A DNA stretch of 64,000 bases from Enoplolaimus lenunculus (lineage: Eukaryota), in assembly GCA_030248215.1 (NCBI GenBank), contig JASANG010004131.1, positions 1 to 64,000 of the forward strand, written 5' to 3'. Position 1 is the stretch's first letter, and each line of letters starts with the position of its first letter. This document shows positions 1 to 13,280 of this stretch, one piece after another. Both the position numbers and the translations under genes were made by a program. The notes beneath the pieces were generated by a model that was given only the letters and a program-made list of their open reading frames with translations, did not search any database and was not told the origin of the DNA.

Positions 1-44
1 AATTCAATTATTTTTTGCAAATAAGTTATACTAGTCAGCCGCCA

Positions 45-215
45 TTGCGCAATGCGCAAAAGTTAGCGAATCCACAAAAATGTGCATGTGCAAATTTTCT
101 TTTACAGAACAATCACATTTGTGTTCTGAGAAAATATTGTAAACAAAGTAATGCTGGAAAATTGCCGAAAATACGTATGTATGGCGTTCAAGGTTCAATA
201 ATATATATTTTATGT
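45..215 (+). repeat. Dispersed repeat, also at about 2255-2420
   Basis: Collinear (aacaatcac...tattgtaaac...gctggaaa...aaaatacgtatgt). Confidence 0.7.
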
Positions 216-859
216 AGTGAGTGATCCTAAATTGCATTCAAACAACATTCAGATCTCATGACTAACAGTATGACTGACCCTGAGTAGATTGATTAAAAAG
301 GGATTTTGCCAAACTATCCTGAGCAAATCCCCTTTTCATTTCTTTACTCTAAAATAGTAATAATATTAGTCACTAGATCTTTCACCACAAATTTTTAAAA
401 TCACGACTAATTTGCGTTATTTTTATTTCAAATTGAACAGTCGCCGCATATCTGTAAGTAAAAAGTAGATGATTTTGAAATGATTTACAACCAACTATGA
501 ACAAAAACTCACAAAATTTTGGTATTTTTAAGGTATAACGCAAACAGCCACTTATTTCTACCGGAAACGGATGTCCGGATACACCCTGATAATATCAAAC
601 CGTTTTTCTTCGGTGGGCAAAAACGCCCTTTCTTCATCCACGCCCAAGTGTCAGATAAATAATGGCTATCACATTCGTGACAACTGGAGAAATGTGTTGC
701 TCTGCGCGTGTAAATGAGTTTAAACTGTGAACGTTACCAATTTCCAACCGTTCCAACTGCAATGCTGCGCTAATTCCGGGTCGTCAAGTATTCCGACGAG
801 GAGGTTTCGTTTACGCTAAATAACCACTTCATCATAGATGGTACGCAAATGCGAATCTA

Positions 860-1030
860 CGACAATTCGTCGCCCGAAAACTTGTCGCCAAACAGCGTCC
901 GACGGAATATGAATAAATCTAAGCATAATCTTCTTCCCATAATGATGGTCGACAAATTGTCGAGTTGATGAAATTTCAGATTACAAGCTGTACGGCGACG
1001 AGTTGTCGGGCGATATATTGTCGTGATACC
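860..1030. mobile_element. Small inverted-repeat element (cgacaattcgtcgcccga... / ...ttgtcgtgatacc)
   Basis: Second copy at 1565-1760 with the same subterminal cgaca/tgtcg repeats. Confidence 0.65.
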
Positions 1031-1211
1031 CACATTTACCTTTATTTTTGAAACATTTTGCAGAAACCTTTAAATTACAACCTGCAAATTTCGCAAATTT
1101 CAATTAGCATTCAATTGAATATCTTTGAACCGCTATAAATATTACATAAGACGTATGTAAATTGTTAAAACAAAATTGCACATTCTCTATCATATTCATG
1201 GCCCATGTTAA

Positions 1212-1342
1212 GCGGCGTCCAGGTTTCTGGTGGTTCTATAAAAGTGTACGTATAGAATCTAGATTACATTTTTTGCTTAGGCTTAGGCTTAGGATCTCAT
1301 TTGTTTACAACGCTTAGGCTTAGGCTTAGGAATACACTTTAT
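1212..1342 (+). mobile_element. Kolobok-like TTAGGC MITE copy (partial)
   Basis: gcggcgtccaggtttctggtggttctata...ttaggc repeats. Confidence 0.65.
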
Positions 1343-1564
1343 AGGAATTTGTAAATCTGTCACATTCAGCTATGATTCTTCGAAAGTATTTCAGGCCAAG
1401 TTTAAAAAAAACCTCTTCGAATGACAGTGTTTTCTCTGTGATTAAAATTTTGTAAAAAAAATTTAATCTCACAAAACCAGATATATCAGTTCAACCGTTG
1501 TATAGCAAATCGCGTAAGAATCGGTGTTAGTAAAGGTTTGAATACAAAACTAAAATTTAATCTG

Positions 1565-1760
1565 CGACAATTCGTCGCCCGACAACTTGTCGAACAACAG
1601 TATCCTAAAAGCTTATGAATACATTTAAACAAAATTCAAATCGTAATCCTAGGCCTAAAACTAAGGTTAAGCATATGATAGGCAACGACTTGTAGAGTTG
1701 ATGAATATTTGTACAAGTTGTAGGGTGACGATTTGTCGGGTGACGAATTGTCGTGATACC
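1565..1760. mobile_element. Second copy of the cgacaa inverted-repeat element
   Basis: Collinear with 860-1030. Confidence 0.65.
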
Positions 1761-2975
1761 ACTAAAATTCCATGCCATATTTGAAAACATGTGTGGGCAT
1801 GGCTTCTATGCTACTGATGCAGGATTTCAAAAAAGCGAATTACGCTACGCGTACAAATTGAAAACCCATAACTCAATCGGTTTTTAAAACGAAGGTTCAC
1901 ATCACGCCTAGTTTTCCGGTTCGTTTCTGCGCCAGCTATTTTTTAAAACTATTTAAAAAAATTACCGTAAATATATTATAATTAATATAGTATACGTGTT
2001 GCAAAATTTACAACGCTAACAAAAATTTTTTGTCACATAACTAATGTTCAATCATACACAACTAAATATTAAGTTAATTTGGCAATTATCAAAATGGTTA
2101 ACTTTGGGTAGGGCAAATTAATGAAATTCGTTTGTACATATTGGTTGGTCTTAGAAAATATACAAAAAGTACGAAAAATTCAAATGCATAGATCACCAAA
2201 CTACATATACCAAAGGCATCGTCCAGCTTTAATTTGCATAAGTCGACCATGGTTTGCGCAAAGCGCACGCGCAAAAGCGTTTGTGAACACAAAAAATTCT
2301 GTATGCAAATTTCCTAATTATATAACAATCACGTCTGTGTGCTATGAAACTATTGTAAACGAATTACGCTGGAAACTTGCCCAAAATACGTATGTGTGGT
2401 GTTCCAGCTTTAATATATAAATTTGCACGCTATAAAATTCGTAAAAGAACTTATTTTTGAACGGTGGCTCTAAACTCAAACTCGTCCAATCAACTGGCTT
2501 TGTTCAACAGAAAATTGTTTACCCATAAAATGGCAAACAGAGTTAACAGAAAAAATATTGAACAAGCCACGAAAATACCAGATTTTAACCAAAAACTTTA
2601 AAAATCCGAAAATAAGCAACACTTTTATAAAATTAAGCTCGCTGCACACGGCGGTTCTTCTGTAACGTTACAGTATATCATCACTGATAAGAAAACATTT
2701 AGGCATCTGAAAAATAGATTTAGACCGTTTCGGAGCTACAATAGCGATATCAATCTCGGTCACTGACAACGTTGAGAACTCGTTGAATTACACTTGCTCA
2801 AACGCATGCTTGGAGTTGAATTAAGTTAGACATGCGACAGGGTCTCAGCATGAAACCATGTTACTGGTATGGGATCTGAAAGGCTTCAATACACTTGGGA
2901 AAATGCCGACAATGAAGACTGATTATAGGTACTCACTAAAACATTCATACCAATTTATAAAAAAGTCAGATTCAA

Positions 2976-3040
2976 CAAATATATATATGTATATATATAT
3001 AATATACACATACATACACATATATATGTATGTATATATA
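2976..3040. repeat. (TA)n/(CA)n-rich microsatellite
   Basis: Direct read. Confidence 0.85.
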
Positions 3041-4302
3041 GCAAGTCCTAAAACGTGAGGCACTCTTTCGGTAAAACACACTTACTGAAGTTTTCTGGTT
3101 TCTATGAATTCGTTCCACAAAACCAATTCCTAAACACGAATAACAGTTTTCACTTGTTATCGATAAAATTTAATACTTAAATATGGTACAAATTTTGAAT
3201 ATATCAAAACCAAATTCCACTATTATTTATCTTGCACGACCTCGTAATCAAAAATACCTGGACCCACAACTGTGTCGGTAAATTTCCGTTTAAGCTTCAG
3301 ACTAGCGACCCTAATAAGACCAGATTCTTGTTTTAAATCCGAATTAATAGAATGCTTTACCTGCAAATGCAGATCGTACATGGATAGAGTCCAAAAATCC
3401 TAATTTAGGTTCATAAAAGTCGATAACTTCAAATTAGAGCACGTAAATGGTTCCTGGACTAAATATTGTCAATTACACTACAGAACTTATGTTCATGAAA
3501 CAGTTAAGTGTTCAAAATATTTTGCGAAATAACTGAAGTCAGTATTTAAAATAGATAATAGGATAAGAGAACAGAGGGGCGTCCAAACAATAACAGGTGC
3601 TGGGGTGAAACATAAAATAGTCCATAATCGAGTAGAGGAGGGCAATATTCTCTGGTGGGTCAAAATGTATCTCAGTTGCACGCCTATCTGTTATTCGGAC
3701 GCTATACTAGTCTACTAACACTAAAACTGATTAGAATATAATTGGTTGACGCCAGAGTGGTACAGGATATTTCGGTAATACCGTGACAAGCAGCCCCTAA
3801 AACGGTCAAAGAGACAATAGTCGTATATATAACTTAAAACAATATCAAGAATAATTACGCTTAAATATTATATGTTGCAATAATTTCAACTGTGAAAAAT
3901 TTCCTAAAACCGAAACTATTTGCACCTCCTCATATAAGTGCAAAAACTGCATTAATGAATTTTACTGCTGAAAATAACAGTTTCAAATTTGCGCAGGTTA
4001 CAAAATTACTTCTTCAACTGAACGTTATTAATTAATGCTAAAACGACACAAATTGCCAATAGTTTCGATACTGTCTCATTGTATATTGACTTAGCGCATA
4101 AATTGCAGTAATACTATGCATTTTGTCTGAGTAACTTTAAATAAAAGCTTGCCTCATGGAAAATCATCACCACTTTCTTGCGACTAAAAATTACTTAGAA
4201 AAAAAAAACCACGCACGAGAATACCCCCGCCCTTTTAATTTCCCCCCACACGCCAATTTTCAAAAAAAACAGCTTTGTATTAAAACATACACGTGGTTTC
4301 TT

Positions 4303-4470
4303 CGGGTCCGTAGCCAAGTGGGTGGGCCAGGGGAGCTCAGCCCCCCCCCTTGGAAAACTTTGGCACCCCCCTAGAAAGTTTTCAAGCTTGCTTGTAACTC
4401 ATTGAAAACCCTTGAATGTCCCTCCTGAAAATTTTTTAGCCCCCTGGCAAGATGAGCGAGCTACGGGTTG
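4303..4470. mobile_element. hAT-like MITE family B (TIR CAGGCCCGTAGCC)
   Basis: TIR-bounded ~170 bp; exact 8-bp TSD ggtttctt (4295-4302, 4471-4478). Confidence 0.85.
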
Positions 4471-6361
4471 GGTTTCTTTAGGTATGCAAAATAAGCCAAA
4501 AAATTTCCTGCGTGTAAGGCAAAAACGATTTGAAAATTTCGGGGGGACCACTGAGTTAAAACGGGGAACTACTTCTCAGGGGGGGTCCAAATCGTTAGTC
4601 TTCTTTTCGCTAAGCCCCGTAAAATGAAATTTTGATTCTAAATAGCTATGCTTGAAATTTAAACAAATGTAATTTTGGCGGGTATTATGTCTTCCAACAA
4701 TATCAAAAGTTCTGAACCAGGTACCCGTGAAACAAACAGCTTTTAAAAGAGACGGCCTCCAGGCTGTCTCAAAAATCCATGACCGTTTCTGTAACAGAAA
4801 TACTGTAAATTTCGTTATTTTTCAAAGCGATAGTTCTAAGTCCTTTACTTTTCAGTACAGGTATTCTGTACTTTTTGATTGAAATAAAAGTAACGAAATT
4901 CATTCAACATCATAAACAAGCAGCCCCTAAAAACGACAATGCAGACGGGGTACACACACGCAGTATTCCAAAATATATTTCATGGTTCGCAAAAAGCATT
5001 AAGTTATATGCAATCACCAAAATGAAAGTTAATATCAGAAGTTGTGAAAATTGACGCAACCGTAGCATTATTTTATTGCACAGATATCATCAATTAGCTG
5101 AATTAAAGAAGGAAATTAATTCTTTAAGATATAAAATCTACTGCGAGTTTTGGTTTTTTACACAGTTTACTGTCAAAAACACGGATTAAATAAATAGTTT
5201 TAATTTTTTTTGCTTATAAATGATTTATTAATATTAAACTTTGAACTGCGTTTTCTAGGGATGTAATATAACGCAACACATCTTCTTCAGCCGAAGCCTA
5301 AGATTAGTCCATTAATAAGCTAGAGTTACTTTTAGGTTCGCAAAAGTAGCCTAAATATATTTGCAAGCGCAGGAAATTACCTAAACTTCTAGAAAAAAAT
5401 AAAACCAAAACTACGCTTGATCCTATAGCAAAAAATTATTCGAAAGCCTAAAACCTTATATACCAACTGCAACATTTAGTACTTGTACACTCTCCGTTTC
5501 CCACAAGCCTAGGTTTTGGCTTAGGTTTCAGAAAAGGTTTACCTAAAGCCAACGCTAAAACTCAAACTGTTTCTTTTACTTATAACAAATCTCAAACTTC
5601 TTCTTTCTTTTACTTATAACAAATTTGAACTATTTAAAGTCTAAACATAAGCCTGAACCTAAACCTAAGCGTGAAACCGTAATTGTGACAGAAAGCGTAC
5701 ACCGGACTATTAAAAAGTCTTAGGGTTCGCGGTTTAACCGCTTTGAATAAAAGAGCACAAGGAAGAGTGTTTCCATCGTCGCCGGGGTGCACAAAAGTTT
5801 ACAAAACAACCACGCTTGTGAGCACACACGGCGAGCACATATAGTCTATAATGTTTTTACTCTCAAAACATTATTTTCCCTAATTTTTTCAGTTGGAAAT
5901 ATTTAAAAAAATTTGTCTTATTTAAACAATAATCAACAACAGAGGAAAAATATATCTTTATATGTATACACAACGTGTATATGAATGATCATCATTCGCA
6001 GGGCCGCGCTACTACGGCGGGTAAGGGATCGATATGGACGCCCATGCGGACATTTTTACCGTCCTGCCGAAACTTTTATCGACGGTGGTAAAATAATTCT
6101 GCGTTAGAAAGATGGTGTTGCCCTCCCCTATACAGTTTCAGGATCCCCTACTCACAGTTTCTGCTCGCATTACTGCTCATTCGCATGAAAAGACAATATG
6201 TTGCAGGGAAATTAATTGAGGTGGTTCTCGAAGAATCGCCGATAAAAATATAACTGACCCTGAGATAGTTTCTGAAGTGGCTGAAAAGTGCCGGTCCCAG
6301 AAGATGGCCAGGGGAGACGCCTGAACCGCGCCGTAAAACAATTCTCGTCTGTACCCCTAAG

Positions 6362-6505
6362 CAGGCCCGTAGCCAGCTTACCTTGCTAAAAGGGGCGAAA
6401 ACATTTTCAGCACGGGCATACAATGGTTTTCGTTGACTTACAAGCAAGGTTGAAAAATGGAGCGCAAAATTTTTTGAGGGTGCTGCACGCCTAGGTACGG
6501 GCCCG
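6362..6505. mobile_element. hAT-like MITE family B
   Basis: caggcccgtagcc...ggtacgggcccg; TSD cccctaag/ctcctaag. Confidence 0.8.
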
Positions 6506-6954
6506 CTCCTAAGACAGATTTAGCCTGCTTGTAATCTTATTTCATGTCGCAGCACAAGTTCATTCAAGATTCAACTGTTCCTGTAACCTACAGCTCAAAT
6601 TGCATATAACTCGACTCATTTCAGTTCAGAGCTGTGCTATAAATACCGTGGTATAACAGTTCGACTCACTTGATGGACGGTTAAGGGTTGCGCTATATTT
6701 GTTCACATGCGGCGCCGTACGTCACCCGCACGGTACCGTCCGGTGCCGTCTTTAACCCGTACGCCGGCGTCCGTCACCATACAGCGCTGCCCGTCACCAT
6801 GCGGCGACGTTCGTCACCGTACGGTATTGTACGCAAATAACTCACGTAATGAACAATTCTCGCTTTGCTTCGCTCGACTCTAATTATTTAGCATTTTCAG
6901 CATCGTGTAATACATAAATTTTTAAGCAGTATACTCTTGCAAAACTAGGGTAAT

Positions 6955-7122
6955 CGGGCCCGTAGCCAAGGGGGAAGGCCAGGTGGGGCGCAGCTCCCCT
7001 AGACAAATTTTGGCCCTACTGACAAAAGTTTTAAACTTGCTTGTAAATCAACGAAAACCCTTGTGTTTTCCCTCCTGAAAACTATTTACCCCCTCTAGCA
7101 AGATGAGCTGGCTGTGAGCCTG
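6955..7122. mobile_element. hAT-like MITE family B
   Basis: cgggcccgtagcc...ggctgtgagcctg; interior similar to the 4303 copy. Confidence 0.8.
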
Positions 7123-7579
7123 AGCGCAACAGCAACACTCGTGCTATAACGCAGCCGTGCCGAATTCCTCGTTTTGGATTCGTGCACAGCTCAAAAATTT
7201 GCACTTTAAACGATACTCTCGTGCGTAATTCTAGCGCCTCGGCATTGCTCGGTCCAAAATTGCACACTTATTAGATTTAGTATCATTACGGTGTGGATGC
7301 AAATTTTTGAGATACAGAAAACCGAGCTACAACTATTACTAAAACCTTTAGAAGTAGCAATTGATAGTGATCGGTATAGCAGCTTACAACAAATGAAACC
7401 GGTGTATATAAGTATATATAACCACAAAACCTTTGAAATTTAATAAAACTTGGCTGTTGGCTTTCATATATTGTATGGCACCGTTCAGTGCCAAATCAGG
7501 TTCGAATGAGTGGGCTCCCCAAATTTCAGGGTGGGGCCCCTTGCAATGATTAAAATATTTTTCATACATTTTCCTTTAA

Positions 7580-8420
7580 AAACCTGTGTTAATCGGTGGA
7601 AAGGCCCTCTTCTTGGCGTGGGTTCCCCCACATGGGGGTATATTGGTGGCTGCTCCGGCAATGGCACCGTTAATGTTCTTGCTGGAATGGCACAGAGGTG
7701 GGCCGGAATTTTTTACACAATTAATTTTAATAAGAAACGTTATTAAGTTCAATAATAATACGGTTATAACTCGCCTGAGGCAACCCTACCATTAAATCTT
7801 AGGCTCACACGCGTGAATCAATGTAGTACCTAAGTTAGTACCTCCTATCACCCCTAAAGAGTATTTAGCTCCTCAGAGGGTCTCACTCCGCAATCCGAAT
7901 GACTCAGTAAACATTTTGGACCCACTCGCAAAAAATTAGCCTAAAACTCTGACCACTCCAAATCCCTGTAGAGGCCCGAAAGACATCAAAATTGTAAAAC
8001 TGTGTAAAATGTGTTCGACTACATTAATAATTGGATAGTTTTATCTCATGAACTGAGCCTCTGCGAGCTACGCAAGGCCCTCGGTAACAACAACAGGTCC
8101 CGATGGACCGCATAGGGCCTGAACAAAGCGTATGGGACCTGATTGAAGCTTATGAGGACCTATGGTTTTTACCATGGCTCGCAAAGTGTAGCCTCGGCCT
8201 GGCTCTGTATCGTTGGTTCCTTGTCTAGCCCCAATTTTTGACCCGCAGCCAAGTACGAACGGCTTGGGCACGGTGTATGACAAACTTTTACACCTATCAG
8301 TCGCCGAACACCATGCGGTTGTCAAAGGCGCTGAGTTGTACAAAATCTTCATTAAAGGCAATTTGCATATACCAGTCGTGGAACAACATTTCTTGAGCTA
8401 AGATCGGCCAACTTACATCG
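7580..8420 (-). mobile_element. Possible highly decayed LTR-retrotransposon pol fragment
   Basis: GC-richer block. Frame-shifted peptides WYMQIAFNEDFVQLSAFDNRMVFG (cf. GYWQI..E....TAF...F.RMPFG) and WGNPRQEE/AF/HRL (cf. W...Q..AF..L) occur in the expected order; YXDD not seen. Confidence 0.3.
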
Positions 8421-8672
8421 CAAATTTGTTTGTTTTAATTACATAATCTGTCCTGCTGCGAACATTAGCTTGAATAATATGCTAATTAGCTAGTAGCTAA
8501 GTAATTTCAAAGTGTGTACATTTCAAAGCACTATATTTTGATTTTCCATGCCTATATCCATCCCTTCGATCCACAGCGCACAAGATGCAGATGATGTTTA
8601 TAACGTAATTGACATAGCTAATATGGTAATTACAGAGTAGCTAACTATATGGAGATCCGTTTCAAATATTTA

Positions 8673-9103
8673 CAATGGCGGATCCATGTGGGGGCCACCC
8701 CGGCCGTGGCCCCCCAACAGCATCTCAACATAAATTATATAGAGTGTCAATTGCTGTTCGACGCTGTTCCGAAAATAGCAGGCAGTTCTAACTCATTCAT
8801 AAACAGAAACAGATGTTGCTGAAGCTGACTGGATTTTGCTTTTTCAAAACTGAATTGGCTTCCGAATCCGAGCCTTTAAATTTTGCCTTTTTGAAACCAA
8901 ACCTGAACTTCTGTTGCCACCCTGTTGTTTAGATCTAAATTGCGTTGATGCGTCAGTTTTATTTGTGATTCATCTCAATTGAACGAACGTAAACAAGTCA
9001 ATTTTATGGCAATAGTTCGTGGTTTGTGTGTCGGTCAAAAATAAGTTTATTACCTGTGAAATTTTGCCCCCCCCCCAATTGTGAGATCTTGGACCCGCCA
9101 CTG
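8673..9103. mobile_element. hAT-like MITE family A with a ~255-bp internal insertion
   Basis: Same termini; TSD aatattta/tatattta; extra sequence at about 8743-8998 relative to intact copies. Confidence 0.8.
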
Positions 9104-9820
9104 TATATTTATAATTGTTTTATTCAAGTTTCACTTCACCAAATACCCTTTAATACTGTAACGCGGTGTCAACACCCCACGATGATAAGCTTTCAAAGGA
9201 AAAGTATTCGTTCAGTGTTTCCTTAGTTGTGCATCAAACGGACGGACAGATAGACAAACAGACGATCAGACTGATGGACATCCACCTTTCAATCCTTGAG
9301 TACAAGTCATAATCACTAGAACAGAGCTTACTGTTAAACAACAAAGTTACGGGGTAACATGGAAAACAATAAAATTAAAGTTGTTTGTGCTTCAATTGCA
9401 ACTTTACTAGTGGGTAATGATAAAATTGAAAAATGAAATTTTTCTAACCTGCACAATATTTTCAAAATGCAATGCAGTATCTTGTTTTGGTTTTCAACCG
9501 ACTGCTGTGCAAGTCACTTTGTTCGTGCTACCATGATAAAACGGACACTACGGGCTTCTTATGTATCATTTCTAACCCAATATGATATTCCAAAAACAGT
9601 AGTTGACTGCTTCCATTATGTATTGGTCCCGTTTTGTGTTTCAATATCATACGATATTCCTTGCATCGCCGGTTAATATCATATGACCGTTTTAAAAATG
9701 TCTACTGATCAGTTACATTACTAGGTTTGCGTATGACGAAATACATGATACTAAACAGACATGTGCCGTTAGTATCATATGATTTTACGAGACAATGTAA
9801 TGACAAGCATACCGATCTCA

Positions 9821-10168
9821 TTTTGGCGGGAAAATTCAAATTTATTCGAGAAATTCAAATTTTGAGCGAAATATTTAAACTTTGACGGGAAAATTCAAAT
9901 TTCGATGGAAAATCATATTGGCGAAAAAATTCAAGTTTTGGCGAAAAATTCAAATTTTGGAGAAAATTCAAATTTTAACGGGAAATTCAAATTTTGTCAG
10001 GAAATTCAGATTTTGGGGAAAATTCAAATTTTTGCGGGAATCTTAAATTTTGGCGGGAAACTTAAATTTTGGCGACAAATTGAAATTTTGGCGGGAAAAA
10101 TCAAAATTTGGCGACAAATTTAAATTTTGGCGGGAAAATTCAAAATTTGGCGGGAAAATTGAAATTTT
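9821..10168. repeat. ~20-bp minisatellite, consensus TTTTGGCGGGAAAATTCAAA
   Basis: About 17 tandem degenerate copies read directly from the sequence. Confidence 0.92.
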
Positions 10169-10572
10169 GTATGATATTCGACTGTCGTCTGTCCATGGTA
10201 CCAGAATTATGAGTTGATGTCAAATCGACATATGACAAAACGTGACCCGACTGCCCCAGTTATAACGTCAATCCCGCATGTGCGACATTGACACAACATA
10301 AACAGTTCTGGATCGTGAAATTTCTGTTGAAAGAGCCACCGCGATGTATAGTAATGAAAAGCTTACGATCGAAGCGACCGAAGAGCCAAACAAGCATTTT
10401 AGCCCTCAACCTGTGTTAGATGCGGGGGCAAAGTCTAATTTGGCCCCTTTAATCCGCCAGCGAACGCCAATACCTTGAAAAGCAGATAGTTCGGCACCTC
10501 TCGGTGTCTTGAACAAAAACAGTTTCGCTGCCTTATTTTCCAATTCAAGGGTTTGGTTGAAGACTGGGTTGT

Positions 10573-10745
10573 CAATGGCGGATCCATGGGGGGCGGTCCC
10601 GACCGTAGTTCACCCCCAACAGCATCTCGACAAAAATTATATAGCAATTTTGTGACAATAGCTCGTGGTTTGTGTGTGAGTCAAAAGTAAGTTTATTACC
10701 TGTGAAATTTGCCCCCCCCATTTTGAGATCCTGGATCCGCCACTG
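10573..10745. mobile_element. hAT-like MITE family A (TIR CAGTGGCGGATCC)
   Basis: caatggcggatcc...ggatccgccactg; TSD tgggttgt/tgggttgc. Confidence 0.88.
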
Positions 10746-11479
10746 TGGGTTGCATATACAATTCGCAAGTGTGAATACAACAATGATCGCCATACTTGCA
10801 GGGAATGCAATTTTAAATTTTTTTTTCATAAAATAAAATTTCAAACTGGTCCCGACCCGCATGTGAATTGCGGCAAAAGTTTAAATTTTGCAACAGTGAA
10901 AAATTAATCAAATTAAAAACTCAAAATGTGTCTACACAGATTTGGACCATATTTTACTTTATTAAACTTATTAATATATAAAAACTAATATTTCGAACAA
11001 AAATTACCCTGTTCCTGTTTGCAACTGCATTCAAATGCAACACTTCTGAATTATATTAAACTGAACGCATATCCGCTTGCAGATAGTATATTAACATTAA
11101 GTATTAGTTGATTCTTCAGTATTTTCATTGTATTTAAAAAGTTAACCCCTAAAAGTATAAAATTTACTTGTCAACCATAAATTCCCCACCCACAAACGAT
11201 CCCCAAACAGATACCACGTTCAGTGCGCCATATATTACATTCGTCTTACCTTCATTTTGCTTTGCGTTGGCCCCGTCAATATTAATTTGTTTCCGGCACC
11301 GCTGCAACTTACTTAAACGTTACTATAATATTTGAAACAGTATAATTTTTCAACTAAAATTAATAAGTTCAACAGGTTTTTGTAACAATTTAGAACAGTA
11401 TTTTTGTGTTCTAGAACCCACGCCCGTATTGGTTACCACTACCGGTGCGCATCCTCCTACATTCGGCATGCCATCATTG

Positions 11480-11950
11480 TACTGTAGTGACCTGCCTGAA
11501 TAAAACAAAACAGGGGTGACTGATATTTATTTGGCCTCTCGAGAGGGTACCTCCTTGTTATTCGGTTACGGACTGTTATTTATTTTTAACACGCCCTCCG
11601 CTCCCTTCGTTACTGATATATGCGGTGCTGCAACTATCCGTTGAATTAAACGTTTTTCGTCTTGTATCAAATATTTGAGCAATAATGCAAGGTTATACTT
11701 ACTAAGGAATGTTCTTTCAAATCATAGTATGCTTTAAAGATTTGAACTCAAATATATTTGGTCCTGGAGTTACTTATGCACTACAATTAGGGATAATTGA
11801 CATTTATGGACTCTAATTAGGGTTTACGGACTCTATCCGCTTACGGACTCTTATTAGGAATACGGCCTCCTGTACGATTGGGACTCAAAATGGGGACCCC
11901 TTCCTCATTACCTCTTCTTATTATACTCTTTTATTCGGATCAATACAGTA
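11480..11950 (+). mobile_element. Tc2-like MITE family C
   Basis: Full-length copy collinear with 46731-47178. Confidence 0.88.
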
Positions 11951-13280
11951 CATTGCGACGCCCCTTAATTTAGCTTTTTTGCGCGCACCACTGCAAGTTA
12001 CTAAAACATTACTACAAAACTCCTAATTTTTTCAATAAAATTAAGTGTTCGAAAAACTCTTCTTGTAATAAATAAGTTAGGAAATATTAGACAAATTTGC
12101 CATCTAACAATGTAACATTACAAAAACATTATGTTCACTTCCACGAATAGTTTTTCTACTGCATTAATGAAATCCTCGACTGGAAAGTTCATCAATGTTA
12201 TTAATGTAAACAAAGCCTGGAACGCCTGCCATACGTAATTTCGACATCACGCCATCTTATATGGGTGCCCAAATATTTTGGGTCACGTTACTTCGAGCGG
12301 CGAACCATAGATATTTTCGCATGATTGATTACCATAGAGTAAGCTTAAGCTTTAGCTTAATTTTTTTTCCTTAAGCTTAGGTTTAAATACAAATTTGCAT
12401 TTATGCTTAGGCTTAGGCTTTGATTATGCGTATACTGCTATTTTACGCTTGTGAAAGTAACATTGACAAAATGTTATATTTAAAATCAACTAATCGTAGC
12501 ATCTTACGAACCCGTTAAACTTTTGATGCTTCTTTAGCTCTATTTTTACATCGCTGGTATTCACAAACATTGCAACGATTTTTCCTAAAATATAAAATGA
12601 ACCAATAGTTGCTGTATCAAAGCATTTTAGGCTATCTCAAAATTTTAACAAAATTACTTAAAATTAAGTCTAAAAATTTGGGAAATATCACAAACATACA
12701 ATCCCAAATTTTTGAGAAAAAAATTACTGAAACTATCCCGTTTCATTTTGCCAACCCCTGTAACTATTAATAATAAAGCAACACGCGCAAGAGCAGCACA
12801 TTTTCCCTTCCAGACCCTCCTACCTTTAGACGTTTCCGTGAATAAAGAAAACTAGACACTCAAACAGAGACACACACAATCAGAGCGACGCACAGCGCTG
12901 AGTGTATTTCAACCCTATCGAAACCAGTATACACACATATTAAACACCAAGTAGTAGACACCATATAAACCACTCTCCAAATACATATTGACCAAAATAA
13001 ATATACCAAACAACGCTAAATTCACTGTTTTCCGTATTATCATTTTATATTTTAAACGTTGTCTCTCGCGAGTGAGAGGAATTAAGAGTATTTTTTAAAT
13101 AAAAATGAAAAAATCATCACCGGAGACCATACTACGAAATTTGAGAAACTAAACCAACCAAATTTTACTATTAAAAATTAACAATTTGCTGCTGAAATAT
13201 ATTACTACTCTTTATTCACGGCTTCACTGGTTTAAGACCGCTAAATATCACCGGAAATAAAAGGCAGAATGGTCAAAGAG

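Noticed and set aside
2858..2930. VWDLKGF peptide (CRAL-TRIO/WD40-like)
   Set aside because: Isolated short match with weak splice sites, running into a TA microsatellite.
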